Shown here piece after piece: positions 1 to 8,885 of a stretch of DNA of 64,000 nucleotides; the first letter of the stretch is position 1, and every line of letters begins with the position of its first letter. The DNA is taken from assembly GCA_017463365.1 (NCBI GenBank), contig JAFTPH010000028.1:268-64267 (forward strand). Reading direction: 5' to 3'. Both the position numbers and the translations under genes were made by a program. A model generated the notes under the pieces. That model had not been told where the DNA came from, did not search any database, and saw only the letters and a program-made list of their open reading frames with translations. Origin of the DNA: Bacilli bacterium (GTDB lineage: Bacteria; Bacillota_I; Bacilli_A; ML615J-28; CAG-313).

Positions 1-79
1 CAACTCCTGTCACCCGCACCATTGTTATATTTATGGTCTTTTTTTGTAAAAGGCTTTTTTATTTTATGTAGAGGTTTTT

Positions 80-541
80 ATGGCATATTTAAAGGCGAAA
101 GAACATTTAGAAAAATATAATTTAGAGAATCGAATTATTGAATTTCCTATTTCTACTGCTACTGTTAAAGAAGCAGCAAATGCTTTAGAGGTAAGTGATG
201 GGGAAATTGCGAAAAGCATGGCCTTTGTGGTAAAAGAAGAATATATCTTAGTTTTAGCTGCAGGAGATAAAAAAATCAATAATGCTCTTTTTAAACAAGA
301 GTTTGGCACAAAAGCTAAAATGATTCCCTTTGATTTATTAGAAGAAGTAATAGGTCATGCGGGAGGAGGAGTATGTCCTTTTGGAATAAAAGAAGGGGTA
401 AAAGTATATTTAGATGAATCACTAAAAGTGTATGATATTGTATATCCTGCTTGTGGAACTGCTAATACGGCAGTAAAACTAAGTATTGAAGAATTAGAAA
501 AAGCTTCTAATTATTTAAAATGGGTAAATATTTGTAATTAA
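80..541 (+). CDS. ybaK: YbaK/ProX-family aminoacyl-tRNA editing deacylase (Cys-tRNA(Pro) deacylase-like)
   Basis: 153 aa; HAGGGVCPFG motif and YbaK/ProX editing-domain pattern; GAGGT RBS upstream of ATG at 80. Confidence 0.7.
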   Translation: MAYLKAKEHLEKYNLENRIIEFPISTATVKEAANALEVSDGEIAKSMAFVVKEEYILVLAAGDKKINNALFKQEFGTKAKMIPFDLLEEVIGHAGGGVCPFGIKEGVKVYLDESLKVYDIVYPACGTANTAVKLSIEELEKASNYLKWVNICN

Positions 542-569
542 TTGTAAGAATTATTCTTACAATTTTTTT
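381..569 (+). repeat. Left copy of duplicated ybaK 3' end + terminator (473-569 identical to 2392-2488; 381-418 about 90% identical to 2324-2360)
   Basis: direct comparison of the two sequence stretches in the window. Confidence 0.85.
543..569 (+). terminator. Rho-independent terminator of ybaK (ttgtaagaat/attcttacaa palindrome + T7)
   Basis: perfect 9-10 bp inverted repeat followed by TTTTTTT. Confidence 0.7.
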
Positions 570-805
570 CTTAAATCAATGAAAAAACTTTAGACATTTA
601 GTTGAATTAATTTCTAATGATTTGTTTTTATTAAATAGAACACTAAAAAGAAGTATTATTAAAAATTGATTCTAAGAAAACGAAAAGTTGCAAAGTTATT
701 GATTGATATTTTTGAGAATATGTTTTTTATTATCTCATGCGTCTGAATAATGAATAGGTATCATAGAAGTCAGGATTTGAAAGTTTAAAATTTATAATAT
801 AATAT

Positions 806-880
806 TCTTGAAATAAATTAAAATTTATTGTATACTTTATTGTATACTTTTTTAGAAAAAATGGTATACTATAAGTATAC
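806..880 (+). promoter_or_regulatory. Promoter region with four GTATAC palindromic boxes (830-835, 842-847, 864-869, 875-880) arranged as a tandem TTTATTGTATACTTT direct repeat plus a GTATAC-N5-GTATAC pair; TTGAAA (808-813) -17- TATACT (831-836)
   Basis: seen directly; located immediately upstream of the GGAGGG RBS (884-889) and ATG 898. Confidence 0.5.
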
Positions 881-897
881 TAATGGAGGGTTTGAAA

Positions 898-2288
898 TGA
901 ATAAAATAATTGATATATTTGAAAATCTTATGACATTTAAGGATGAATACGAATGGTTAGATTTTAAAGAAAATTGGTTTTCTAAGGATGAAATAGGAGA
1001 ATACATATCAGCTCTTTCTAATGGTGCAGCACTATGCGGGAAAGAATTTGGATATATTGTTTGGGGAATCAAAGATAATACCAAGGAAATTTCAGGTACA
1101 ACAATTAATTTTGATAAAGATATAGATGGAGAACCGTATAAACATTATTTAGCCAGAAAACTAAAACCAAGTATTGCTTTTGAGGTTCAAGAGTTTGAGT
1201 ATAATAAAAAGAGAATTGTAATGTTAGTTATACCTGCAGCTAAATCAGTAAAAACAAAATTTGATGGTGTTGATTATATAAGAATTGGTTCAAGTAAGGA
1301 AAAACTAAATAAATTTCCTGAGTATGAGATAAGACTAAATAATATATTAGTGAATGGTTTCCCTACAATTGTAAATATGCCAGCTCCTGATTATGCTCAA
1401 GAATTAACATTTCAAAAACTTTTTGTTTATTATGCATCAAAGGGGATTATTTTAAGGGATGAATCTTTTGAAAAAACCTTAAAATTGAAAACAAAAAATG
1501 ACTTATATAATATTATGGCATATATATTATCGGATCAAAATAATGTTCCAATGAGAGTATCAGTGTTTAGTGGAGTCGATAAAGCATCACCTCTTTATTC
1601 AGTAAAGGAATTTGGTAATACCTGTATATTTTACACAATAGATAAAATATTAGAATATGGTGATACAATTAATATTATTCAAGCAGATGAGAGAAATAGA
1701 ATTACATCAAGAAAAGATATTCCTTTATTTGATTTTGATGTATATCGTGAAGCAATATTAAATGCATTCATTCATAACAAATGGTTAACACTTAATGCAC
1801 CAGCTATTACGATTTATACAGATAGGATTGAAATATTATCTCATGGTGGATTAGCAATAGACCAAGATATAGAAGGATTTTATAGTGGTTCAAGTTTGCC
1901 TGTCAATGAAATTCTTGCAACTTTGTTTTTACAATTAAGAATTTCTGAACGCTCAGGCAGAGGTGTTCCTAAAATAATATCTGTTTATGGAAAAGAATCA
2001 ATTAAAATAGAAAAGAATAGAATAACAATAACTATTCCTTTTAATAAAATTGATGTAAATGAATTTCATATAGTATCTAATAAAGTATCTCCTAAAGTAA
2101 CCAATAAAACTGAAGATTTAATCCTAGAGTTAATTAGGGATAATCCAAATATTACAATAGCACAACTTATGATTAAAACTAGTTTATCTGAACCAGGAAT
2201 AAAGAAAAATCTAAAGAAACTAAAAGATAAAAATTTAATTCGAAGAGTTGGCGCAAACAAAGATGGTTATTGGGAAATAATAGAATAG
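898..2288 (+). CDS. AlbA_2 (Schlafen-like, formerly 'divergent AAA/AAA_4') + HATPase_c_4 + C-terminal winged-HTH protein (family often mis-annotated as RecG C-terminal-like putative transcriptional regulator)
   Basis: N-terminal ...LDFKENWFSKDEIGEYISALSNGAALCGKEFGYIVWGIKD... AlbA_2 pattern; C-terminal REAILNAFIHNKW...DRIEILSHGGL...ERSGRGVPKI HATPase_c_4 pattern; terminal wHTH. Start moved from track 828 to ATG 898 (RBS GGAGGG 8 nt upstream; the 828 extension runs through the operator repeats). Confidence 0.6.
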
Positions 2289-2323
2289 TTTGGCCTGACT
2301 ACCGAAATGCATATTAATTTTTG

Positions 2324-2488
2324 TTGGATAAAAGAAGGTGTAAAAGTATATTTAGATAAACAAGCCAAAGTTATTGAAGAAGAAATAGATAGTAAAACTA
2401 AGTATTGAAGAATTAGAAAAAGCTTCTAATTATTTAAAATGGGTAAATATTTGTAATTAATTGTAAGAATTATTCTTACAATTTTTTT
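2324..2488 (+). repeat. Right, partly degenerate copy of ybaK 3' end + terminator (remnant reading ..IKEGVKVYLDKQAKVIEEEIDSKTKY*)
   Basis: 97-bp exact match 2392-2488 to 473-569 incl. terminator hairpin 2462-2488; 2361-2391 diverged. Confidence 0.85.
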
Positions 2489-2562
2489 ATATGATATATT
2501 GTTTTATAAAAATTTATTTGATATAATATTATTAGAAATTAAATATCTCAGGAGGTAATTGT

Positions 2563-4851
2563 ATGCGCAAGATGTTGGTTTTAACATCGCTTTTTTTGGC
2601 TTTATTTGCTATTGTTAAATTTGGTAGCGAAATGAGTGTTTCCGCAAATGGAAATGAAAACAATTATGGAGATGTAAATGAAGACGGGGTAGCTAACACA
2701 AGTGATGTAATTTATATGTTATATCACGTAATGTTTGGTAAAGATGGTTATCCGTTATATCAAGGAAATAAAACTGAAATTAATGGATTAACAGTTGGTG
2801 ACTTTAATGGTGACAAAACAGTTAATACTAAAGATGTTACTCATTTACTTTATAATGTAATGTTTGGTGATAGTAGTTATCCACTATATGTTGAAAGTAG
2901 TGAAGATAATGTTGCGCCAGAAATTATCCTTGATGGAGTAACCCAAAATGTTAATTTAAATTGGAATACCACTTTTGATCCACTTAAAGGGGTAAAAGCG
3001 ATCGATAATGTAGATGGTGATATAACAAGTGACATTGTAGTTACTCATAATATTGATAATAAAACATATGGAACATATGATGTAAAATATACAGTATCTG
3101 ATAAAGCTGGTAATAAAACGGAGTATGTTCGAAAGGTAACAGTTATGTGGAATTATGGAGTAGAATTTATTGGTCATGCGGGAAGCTATTATGGACTTAT
3201 GAATTCCGAAGAAGCAATTCTTTACGCAATCAAGAATTTAAAATATCAAGCCGTCGAAGTAGATTTAAAACAAACTAAGGATGGGGTATTTGTATTATGT
3301 CATGATGATACTTTTGCGGGATACACAATAGCTTCAACTAATTGGAGTGAATTAAAAGATGTAACTCGTACTGCCCCAAGAAGTGGAGGAATTCCTTCTC
3401 AAAATGGTTCAGTTACAAAAGATTCATATACAACTGGTTTATGTACATTAGAACGATTCTTAGAAATTTGTCGTGATAATAATGTAAAAGCGGTCATTGA
3501 ATTAAAATATTCTAATGGAATAAATAATAATGATCAATCACGTATGCAAGCTTTAATGAATATGATTGAAAATTATAATATGCGTGAAAATACTATTTTA
3601 CTTGCATCGCAATATAAATGTTTAATTTGGACAAGAGAAAATGGTTATGATGATATTGAATGTCAATATTTAGTAAATTCATGTGAAAGTGAAACAACAT
3701 TAAATAGATGTAAAGAATATAATTTTACAGTAAGTATCAATACAACTGGTAATTATTCAAATAGTGATGAATGGTTAGCTAAATACCAAGAAGCAGGTTT
3801 AAAAATCTCTACATACACATATACTCAATGGGTTGATTATAACGTTGTTCAATCATGGATTGATAAAGGGGTAGATTATGTAACTTGTGATTGGCACTTA
3901 ATGGATCAATTAGAATTACCTGTAAATTCTGGTGATGAGGTTAAAACTTATACGGTAACGTTTAAAGACCATGATGGAACAGTTTTAAAAACAGCCACTG
4001 TTAAAGAAGGACGTACTGCGGCAGCCCCTAGTGATCCACAAAGATTAGGTTATGAGTTTGCTGGTTGGGATAAGAGTATTAATAATGTAAGAGAAGACTA
4101 TGAAGTATATGCAACATACAACTTAGTTACTTATACAATTACTTATGTAAATACTTTAAATACTTTAGTTGAAAGTGAATGGGCATCAAAAGATGCATTT
4201 GCACAAGAATTCTATAGTGATTTCTTTAATTGGTTAGTAAGCAAAGCAGGAGTTCTTCCAGATATAACAAAAACAGGAGATACATATAAAATTGTTAAAA
4301 ATGGGGTAACTGTTACATTTACAAATGTAAGTGATATTTTAGGTAGTGATATATATGTTTTTGAAAAAACATTCTCTAATTATATTTATAAACCAGTTAC
4401 AAGAACAAGTGATGGAACATGTGTTATTGAAGCATCTGAAGATTATTTCTTAAATAGTGATGCTTACCGCGATAAATACAAAGAAGTAGACACAATGTTA
4501 TATAGATGTATTAAAAATCGCTATACAGGATATGATGCAACATATACACCAACATCAGCTGGAAAAATCCAAATCTTCTTTAGATTCCATCAATGGATAA
4601 AAGGAACAACAATTAATGAATTCTTACCACTTCCAAAAAAATATACTTCAACTGGAAGTAATACAGATATCGTTTTACCAACAAATCCAATTACTTATAC
4701 AATCTTAGATGAAATAGTTTTACCAAATCCAACCTCATCTTTAGAATTCTTAGGTTGGTATAGCAATGCTGATTTCACTGGTTCAAAAATCGAAAAGATT
4801 GAAAACGGAACAACTGGTAATATTGTTTTATACGGAAAATGGAATGAATAA
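2563..4851 (+). CDS. Secreted multidomain glycerophosphodiester phosphodiesterase: signal peptide, dockerin-like double Ca-loop module, DUF5011/Ig-like domain, GDPD domain, two Listeria-Bacteroides (Flg_new) repeats
   Basis: 762 aa; N-terminal hydrophobic leader; DVNEDGVANTSD and DFNGDKTVNTKD loops; HAGSYYGLMNSEEA...DLKQTKDGVFVLCHDDTF GDPD motifs; LGYEFAGWD and LEFLGWYSNADFTG Flg_new motifs; RBS GGAGG 8 nt upstream. Confidence 0.7.
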   Translation: MRKMLVLTSLFLALFAIVKFGSEMSVSANGNENNYGDVNEDGVANTSDVIYMLYHVMFGKDGYPLYQGNKTEINGLTVGDFNGDKTVNTKDVTHLLYNVMFGDSSYPLYVESSEDNVAPEIILDGVTQNVNLNWNTTFDPLKGVKAIDNVDGDITSDIVVTHNIDNKTYGTYDVKYTVSDKAGNKTEYVRKVTVMWNYGVEFIGHAGSYYGLMNSEEAILYAIKNLKYQAVEVDLKQTKDGVFVLCHDDTFAGYTIASTNWSELKDVTRTAPRSGGIPSQNGSVTKDSYTTGLCTLERFLEICRDNNVKAVIELKYSNGINNNDQSRMQALMNMIENYNMRENTILLASQYKCLIWTRENGYDDIECQYLVNSCESETTLNRCKEYNFTVSINTTGNYSNSDEWLAKYQEAGLKISTYTYTQWVDYNVVQSWIDKGVDYVTCDWHLMDQLELPVNSGDEVKTYTVTFKDHDGTVLKTATVKEGRTAAAPSDPQRLGYEFAGWDKSINNVREDYEVYATYNLVTYTITYVNTLNTLVESEWASKDAFAQEFYSDFFNWLVSKAGVLPDITKTGDTYKIVKNGVTVTFTNVSDILGSDIYVFEKTFSNYIYKPVTRTSDGTCVIEASEDYFLNSDAYRDKYKEVDTMLYRCIKNRYTGYDATYTPTSAGKIQIFFRFHQWIKGTTINEFLPLPKKYTSTGSNTDIVLPTNPITYTILDEIVLPNPTSSLEFLGWYSNADFTGSKIEKIENGTTGNIVLYGKWNE
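2671..2889 (+). other. Dockerin-like module (two DxNxDGxxNxxD loops each followed by a YMLYHVMFG-type helix and YPLY)
   Basis: residues 37-109 of the 762-aa protein. Confidence 0.6.
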
Positions 4852-4855
4852 TTTT

Positions 4856-4890
4856 AAAACACTTATCTCTAATAGAGATAAGTGTTTTTA
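4856..4890 (+). terminator. Rho-independent terminator (aaacacttatctct/agagataagtgttt stem, T-run)
   Basis: 14-bp perfect inverted repeat with 3-nt loop. Confidence 0.75.
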
Positions 4891-4958
4891 TTGGTGCAAT
4901 AAGTTGAATTAATAATCATAAAGTGGTAAAATTATTATATAAAACAAGAGGTGAGATT

Positions 4959-6314
4959 ATGAAAATAGTAGTAATTGGAGATGGAAAAGTAGGACGAGCA
5001 ATCGTTGAACATACATGTCAAGAAGGACATGAAGTAGTAGTAATTGATAACAAGGCTGATGTAATTGAAGAACTTGTAAACCAATATGACGTAATGGGGA
5101 TTTGTGGTAATGGAGCAAGTTATGAAATTCAAAGTAATGCGGGAGTAGATAAAGCTGATTTAGTTGTTGCTGCGACATCTAGTGATGAAACTAACGTTTT
5201 ATCATGTATGATTGCTAAAAAATTAGGAGCAAAATCAACAGTTGCGAGAATCCGTAGTTATGAATATAATAATCAAATTAATATGATGAAACGTGACTTT
5301 GGGATTACAATGACTATTAATCCAGAAAAAGAAGCATCATTAGAAATTATGAAAATTCTAAACTTCCCAGAAGCTATTAGAGTTGATACTTTCGCGAAAG
5401 GAAATGTAGACTTAGTTGAATTATATATTCCTGAAAACAGTCCCCTTATTGGTCAATCCCTTGCTTCAATTCATCAAAAATATCAAGTTAGGGTTTTAGT
5501 ATGTGCTGTACAAAGAAATGAAGAAGTCTTTATTCCAACTGGGAATTTTACTTTCCAAGCTAAAGACAAAGTACATATTACAGCAAGTCGCTCAACTGTA
5601 AAACAATTCTTAAATAAACTCGGTTTAATTGAATCAAAAATAAAGAATGTGTTAATTATTGGGGGAGGTAAAATTGCTGTATACTTAGGGGAACAATTAT
5701 TAAAGAGTAAATATCAAGTAAAAATTATTGAAAAGAATTATGAACGTTGTGTAGAATTAAGTCAAATTCTACCAAATGCCACTATTATTCATGGTGATGC
5801 ATCTGATCAAAGAGTACTTGATGAAGAAGGTTTAACAAATAGTGATGCAGTAGTTTGTTTAACTGGAATAGATGAAGAAAACATTATTATCTCAATGTAT
5901 GCTTATAAACAAAATGTTCATAAGATTGTTACTAAAATTAATAAAACATCATTAATTGGGTTAATTGATTCAATTAATATGGTAAGTACAATTGCTCCTA
6001 AAGAAATTACCGCTTCACGAATTGTTAGTTATATTCGTGCTACTAATAACTCTCGTGGAAGTAATGTTATCACTTTATATAAACTTGTTAATAATAAAGT
6101 AGAAGCTTTAGAATTTAAAGCAAGTGAAAAATCAAAAGTTTTAAATATTGCGTTTAAAAATCTAAAAATTAAGAAGAACATCTTGATTGCGGGAATCATT
6201 CGTGAAGGTGAAGTTATTATTCCTAGTGGGGACGATATGATTCAAGCAGGAGATAATGTTATTGTTGTAACTACTAATTCTTATCTAGACGATTTAGATA
6301 ATATTAGGGAGTAG
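4959..6314 (+). CDS. trkA: Trk potassium uptake system NAD-binding subunit TrkA (two TrkA-N/TrkA-C units)
   Basis: MKIVVIGDGKVGRAIV Rossmann N-terminus, second Rossmann LIIGGGKIAVYLG; ATG 4959 preferred over track start 4923 (RBS AGAGGTGAG). Confidence 0.8.
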   Translation: MKIVVIGDGKVGRAIVEHTCQEGHEVVVIDNKADVIEELVNQYDVMGICGNGASYEIQSNAGVDKADLVVAATSSDETNVLSCMIAKKLGAKSTVARIRSYEYNNQINMMKRDFGITMTINPEKEASLEIMKILNFPEAIRVDTFAKGNVDLVELYIPENSPLIGQSLASIHQKYQVRVLVCAVQRNEEVFIPTGNFTFQAKDKVHITASRSTVKQFLNKLGLIESKIKNVLIIGGGKIAVYLGEQLLKSKYQVKIIEKNYERCVELSQILPNATIIHGDASDQRVLDEEGLTNSDAVVCLTGIDEENIIISMYAYKQNVHKIVTKINKTSLIGLIDSINMVSTIAPKEITASRIVSYIRATNNSRGSNVITLYKLVNNKVEALEFKASEKSKVLNIAFKNLKIKKNILIAGIIREGEVIIPSGDDMIQAGDNVIVVTTNSYLDDLDNIRE

Positions 6315-6317
6315 TTT

Positions 6318-7814
6318 ATGAATTACGCGATTATTAGAAATATTCTTGGTAAATTGATGGTTTTAATCGCGGGTTTAATGGTTTTCCCGTTAATTGTTAG
6401 TATTATTTATCAAGAAGGTATAAGACATTATTTAGCATTTATTATTCCGATAATATTGTTATTATTATTCGGAGTATTGTTTAACATAAAAAAACCTAAA
6501 AACACAAATATTGTAGCAAGAGAAGGATTAATTATTGCCGGTGTATCTTGGTTATTATTATCGCTTTTTGGCTGCATTCCGTTTATGATTTCCGGAGAAA
6601 TTCCAAATTTCTTTGATGCCTTTTTTGAAATTGTTTCTGGATTTACCACAACTGGAGCGAGTGTAGTAACAGATGTAACAGCTCTTAGTCACAGTGTATT
6701 ATTTTGGAGAAGTTTTTCACATTGGATTGGAGGAATGGGGGTTCTAGTCTTTATTCTCGCAATTATTCCTGAAAGTAAAGATGGATCTTCAATGCATATT
6801 TTAAGAGCGGAATCTCCAGGACCACAAGTAGGTAAGTTAGTATCAAAGATGAGAGTTACTTCTCGTATTCTTTATCTAATATATATGATTTTAACAATCA
6901 TTCAATTCTTATTCTTATGGCTTGGACCAGATGAACAAATGACAGCGTTTAATAGTATTATTTATACTTTAGGAACAGCTGGTACTGGTGGATTCTCAAT
7001 GGATCCTCAAAGTTTAGAATATTACTTGCCATATTCACAATATGTAATTGCGATATTCATGTTTATATTTGGGGTAAATTTTTCTTTATATTATTTAATT
7101 CTTATTGGTAATATTAAAGAAGTATTTAGAAATGAAGAATTAAAATGGTATTTTGCGATTGTAGTAATTGCGGTAACACTATTATGTATTAATACTTTCA
7201 AGATTTATGATACTTTTGAAGAAACATTTAGACATGCACTTTTCCAAGTAACTTCCATTATTTCAACAACGGGATATTCAAGTACCGGATATTCAACATA
7301 TGAAGTTGTTGATGGTCTAGCAAAGGTTGGAGGATGGCCAGTCTTCTCACAAGTACTAATATTCATAATTATGTTCTTTGGAGCATGTGCTGGATCAACT
7401 GCAGGAGGATTAAAAATTACTCGTATTAATATTTTAGTTAAATCAATGATTTTAAAAATAAAGAACATTATTAATCCTAGAAAAGTAGAAGTGTTATCGA
7501 TTGATAAAAGACCAGCGGATAATAAAACAGTTGAAGTAATTCAAAATTTCTTTGTTTTATATATAATGATTTTCTTAATTTGTTCTTTAGTTATATCGCT
7601 TGATGGAAATGATTTTGTCACAAACATTTCAGCATCTCTTTCATGTATTAGTAATGTTGGACCAGGTTTAAATGCGGTTGGTCCATATGGTTCATATTCA
7701 GTTTTCTCATCATTCTCAAAGTTTATTTTATCTTTAGAAATGATTGCGGGAAGATTAGAACTTTTCCCATTATTAGTATTATTTAGTCCTAAAACATGGG
7801 CTAGACATAATTAA
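6318..7814 (+). CDS. trkH: TrkH/KtrB-family potassium transporter membrane subunit
   Basis: 498 aa polytopic; four selectivity-loop-like glycine motifs (TTGAS, GTAGTGG, TTGYS, GSTAGG); directly downstream of trkA. Confidence 0.8.
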   Translation: MNYAIIRNILGKLMVLIAGLMVFPLIVSIIYQEGIRHYLAFIIPIILLLLFGVLFNIKKPKNTNIVAREGLIIAGVSWLLLSLFGCIPFMISGEIPNFFDAFFEIVSGFTTTGASVVTDVTALSHSVLFWRSFSHWIGGMGVLVFILAIIPESKDGSSMHILRAESPGPQVGKLVSKMRVTSRILYLIYMILTIIQFLFLWLGPDEQMTAFNSIIYTLGTAGTGGFSMDPQSLEYYLPYSQYVIAIFMFIFGVNFSLYYLILIGNIKEVFRNEELKWYFAIVVIAVTLLCINTFKIYDTFEETFRHALFQVTSIISTTGYSSTGYSTYEVVDGLAKVGGWPVFSQVLIFIIMFFGACAGSTAGGLKITRINILVKSMILKIKNIINPRKVEVLSIDKRPADNKTVEVIQNFFVLYIMIFLICSLVISLDGNDFVTNISASLSCISNVGPGLNAVGPYGSYSVFSSFSKFILSLEMIAGRLELFPLLVLFSPKTWARHN

Positions 7815-7825
7815 GGAATATATAT

Positions 7826-8422
7826 ATGACAGAAAAAGAAAAAATGCTTAAAGGTGAGTATTATAACGCTTTAGATGAAGAACTGACTAATGAGCGTATT
7901 TATATTCAAAAAATGATGCGTAAATATAATAAAACTTATCCCAAACAAATAAAAAGAAGAACAAAACTGCTAACTAAAATGATTGGTAAATTTGAAGATA
8001 GTATTTGCATTATGCCCCCAGTATATTTTGATTATGGGCGAAATACTTATATTGGTAAAAATTTTTATGCCAATTATGATTGTATCTTTTTAGATGTTAA
8101 CAAAATCACAATTGGTGATAATGTTTTATTAGGACCAAGGGTTTGTCTTTTTACAGCGACTCATCCTTTAGATGCTGAAGAACGAAAATCAGGTTTAGAA
8201 TATGGTAAACCAATCACAATTGGTAATGATGTTTGGATTGGTGGCAATACCGTAATTAATCCTGGTGTTACCATTGGCGATAATGTGGTTATTGGTTCTG
8301 GATCAGTGGTAACAAAAGATATTCCAAGCGGCGTTATTGCTTGTGGAAATCCTTGTAAAATAATTAGAGAAAACAAAAGAATGACTGAGATAAATGATTC
8401 AATAAATTCTTTATTATTATAA
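7826..8422 (+). CDS. maa: Maltose/galactoside O-acetyltransferase (hexapeptide-repeat, Mac N-terminal domain)
   Basis: 198 aa; left-handed beta-helix hexapeptide repeats IGDNVLLG / IGNDVWIGGNTVINPGVTIGDNVVIGSGSVV. Confidence 0.7.
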   Translation: MTEKEKMLKGEYYNALDEELTNERIYIQKMMRKYNKTYPKQIKRRTKLLTKMIGKFEDSICIMPPVYFDYGRNTYIGKNFYANYDCIFLDVNKITIGDNVLLGPRVCLFTATHPLDAEERKSGLEYGKPITIGNDVWIGGNTVINPGVTIGDNVVIGSGSVVTKDIPSGVIACGNPCKIIRENKRMTEINDSINSLLL

Positions 8423-8526
8423 TAAAGGATGAACAAAAAGGTCTAGCTAGAATTAGAGACTAGATAGAATCTGTTGAGGTTTATAAAAAACCTATAGATT
8501 TAGTTGGAGTCTAAAAAGCAATATAA

Positions 8527-8561
8527 AAGCGATAATAGAGAAATCTATTACCGCTTTTTTT
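8527..8561 (+). terminator. Probable rho-independent terminator about 100 bp downstream of maa
   Basis: gcgataataga/tctattaccgc stem (one mismatch) + T7. Confidence 0.45.
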
Positions 8562-8824
8562 GTGCTTTCCTTTGATATAATAATATTGCCGTATCACTTA
8601 TAGAAAGGAAATTTATTAAATAATATGATTTAGGTTGGGGAAACATATCAATAATGTTAGATGAATATTGTGATTTTCTTTTTGGTCAAGCTATTGAATG
8701 AATTATAAAAGTTAAAGTCAAATAATAAAATGCAAAGATTTTAATAAAAACAAAAAATGACATATTTCACCTTAAAGTTAAACTCAATATGTAAAAAGTT
8801 TAAGGTAAAAACGTGTTATTTTTA

Positions 8825-8853
8825 TTGACAATTTTATTTTAAAATGATAAAAT
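8825..8853 (+). promoter_or_regulatory. Consensus sigma-A-type promoter TTGACA-17-TAAAAT for the AAA ATPase gene
   Basis: TTGACA 8825-8830, 17-nt spacer, TAAAAT 8848-8853, about 30 nt before ATG 8886. Confidence 0.55.
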
Positions 8854-8885
8854 AAAGTATCTTTAATATATTTTGGAGTGTTAAT

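Noticed and set aside
828-897. Six-frame ORF start at 828 for the AlbA_2 gene
   Set aside because: The extension translates the GTATAC operator repeats, and a GGAGGG RBS sits 8 nt before ATG 898. I therefore called 898 as the start.
2956-3177. Short antisense/alternative-frame ORFs inside long genes (e.g. 2956-3177, 4935-5178, 6428-6649, 7205-7468, 16492-16694, 29262-29498, 38597-39637, 61038-61362)
   Set aside because: They are fully embedded in well-supported CDSs on the other strand or frame and have low-complexity composition typical of AT-rich spurious ORFs. They have no RBS and no homology signal.
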